A stretch of 48,634 nucleotides of DNA, filler included, from Jimgerdemannia flammicorona (lineage: Eukaryota): the NCBI GenBank assembly GCA_003990765.1. It is 2 parts of 2 records of this genome, joined end to end, with 100 filler letters (N's around TTAATTAATTAA, not from the genome) between each part and the next. Parts side by side here need not be neighbours in the genome. Positions count along the whole stretch, not along the records: positions 24,374 to 48,634 come from RBNJ01000997.1; 1 more part is not named here. One strand, given 5' to 3'. Below are positions 48,350-48,634 of the stretch, piece after piece. The position numbers and the translations under genes are program-made. A model generated the notes under the pieces. The model saw only the letters and a list, made by a program, of their open reading frames with translations, ran no database searches and was not told the DNA's origin. Position 1 is the stretch's first letter, and the number at the start of each line of letters is the position of its first letter.

Positions 48350-48634
48350 TCAACATCTCTCTCCACTACAATTCATGTTACACACACTTTTCAACACACT
48401 TTCGAAGCATTTATTGGAGAAAGATACTAAGGCAATGTCAACCAGCAAGCAAGCCGACATGCATACTAGGTCGGGTGGACCTGGGGCCTTCGACTGGCAG
48501 ACTGTCGGGAGAGGGTATGGATTGGGGATGGGGTCTTTTGGTGGCTCGAGTGGGCAGGGCGGCTCGGGTAGTAGAGGTGGCACTGGAGGGGGGGCTGGAG
48601 GGAAGTAGGGGAGGAGCTTTGCGGACATGCTGAG
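48350..48634 (+). mobile_element. 5' end of a fourth LINE (LINE D) inserted in the gag zinc knuckle
   Basis: ATTCATGTTACACA 5' motif; MSTSKQADMHTRSGGPGAFDWQ is homologous to the LINE B/C ORF1 start; interrupts CFYCR*FG. Confidence 0.85.

Noticed and set aside
1..48634. All LINE-type insertions on the + strand
   Set aside because: Only five events across two arbitrarily joined contigs; compatible with chance.

Overview
Eukaryotic, transposon-dense DNA. The host is fungal, probably Mucoromycota, which I infer from the RPL10 retrocopy and the decarboxylase family. The window is two contigs joined by an artificial 100-bp spacer (N44-TTAATTAATTAA-N44, 24274-24373). Left contig: the 3' half of an L1/Tx1-like LINE with poly(A); a heavily mutated chromovirus carrying a dUTPase before its protease; and an intron-containing hAT transposase pseudogene split inside its LDPR motif by a full-length 10.1-kb Ty3/gypsy element. 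That element has two LTRs, a tRNA-Pro-like PBS and the order gag-PR-Cys linker-dUTPase-RT-RH. Its integrase and an extra 171-aa ORF are separate ORFs, each joined by an ATGA stop/start overlap. Next come two adjacent long inverted repeats sharing a 24-bp palindromic core, then a divergent Cys-rich pseudogene. Right contig: an apparently intact, CpG-rich group II PLP decarboxylase gene (tyrosine/aromatic amino acid decarboxylase type) whose reading frame needs a GC-AG intron and a 5-nt microexon; upstream bipartite repeat arrays; and a nest of gypsy and LINE copies that includes a LINE-made processed RPL10 pseudogene. Old repeats show strong C>T/G>A decay at both CpG and CpA. All alignments were made by eye and no database was searched.
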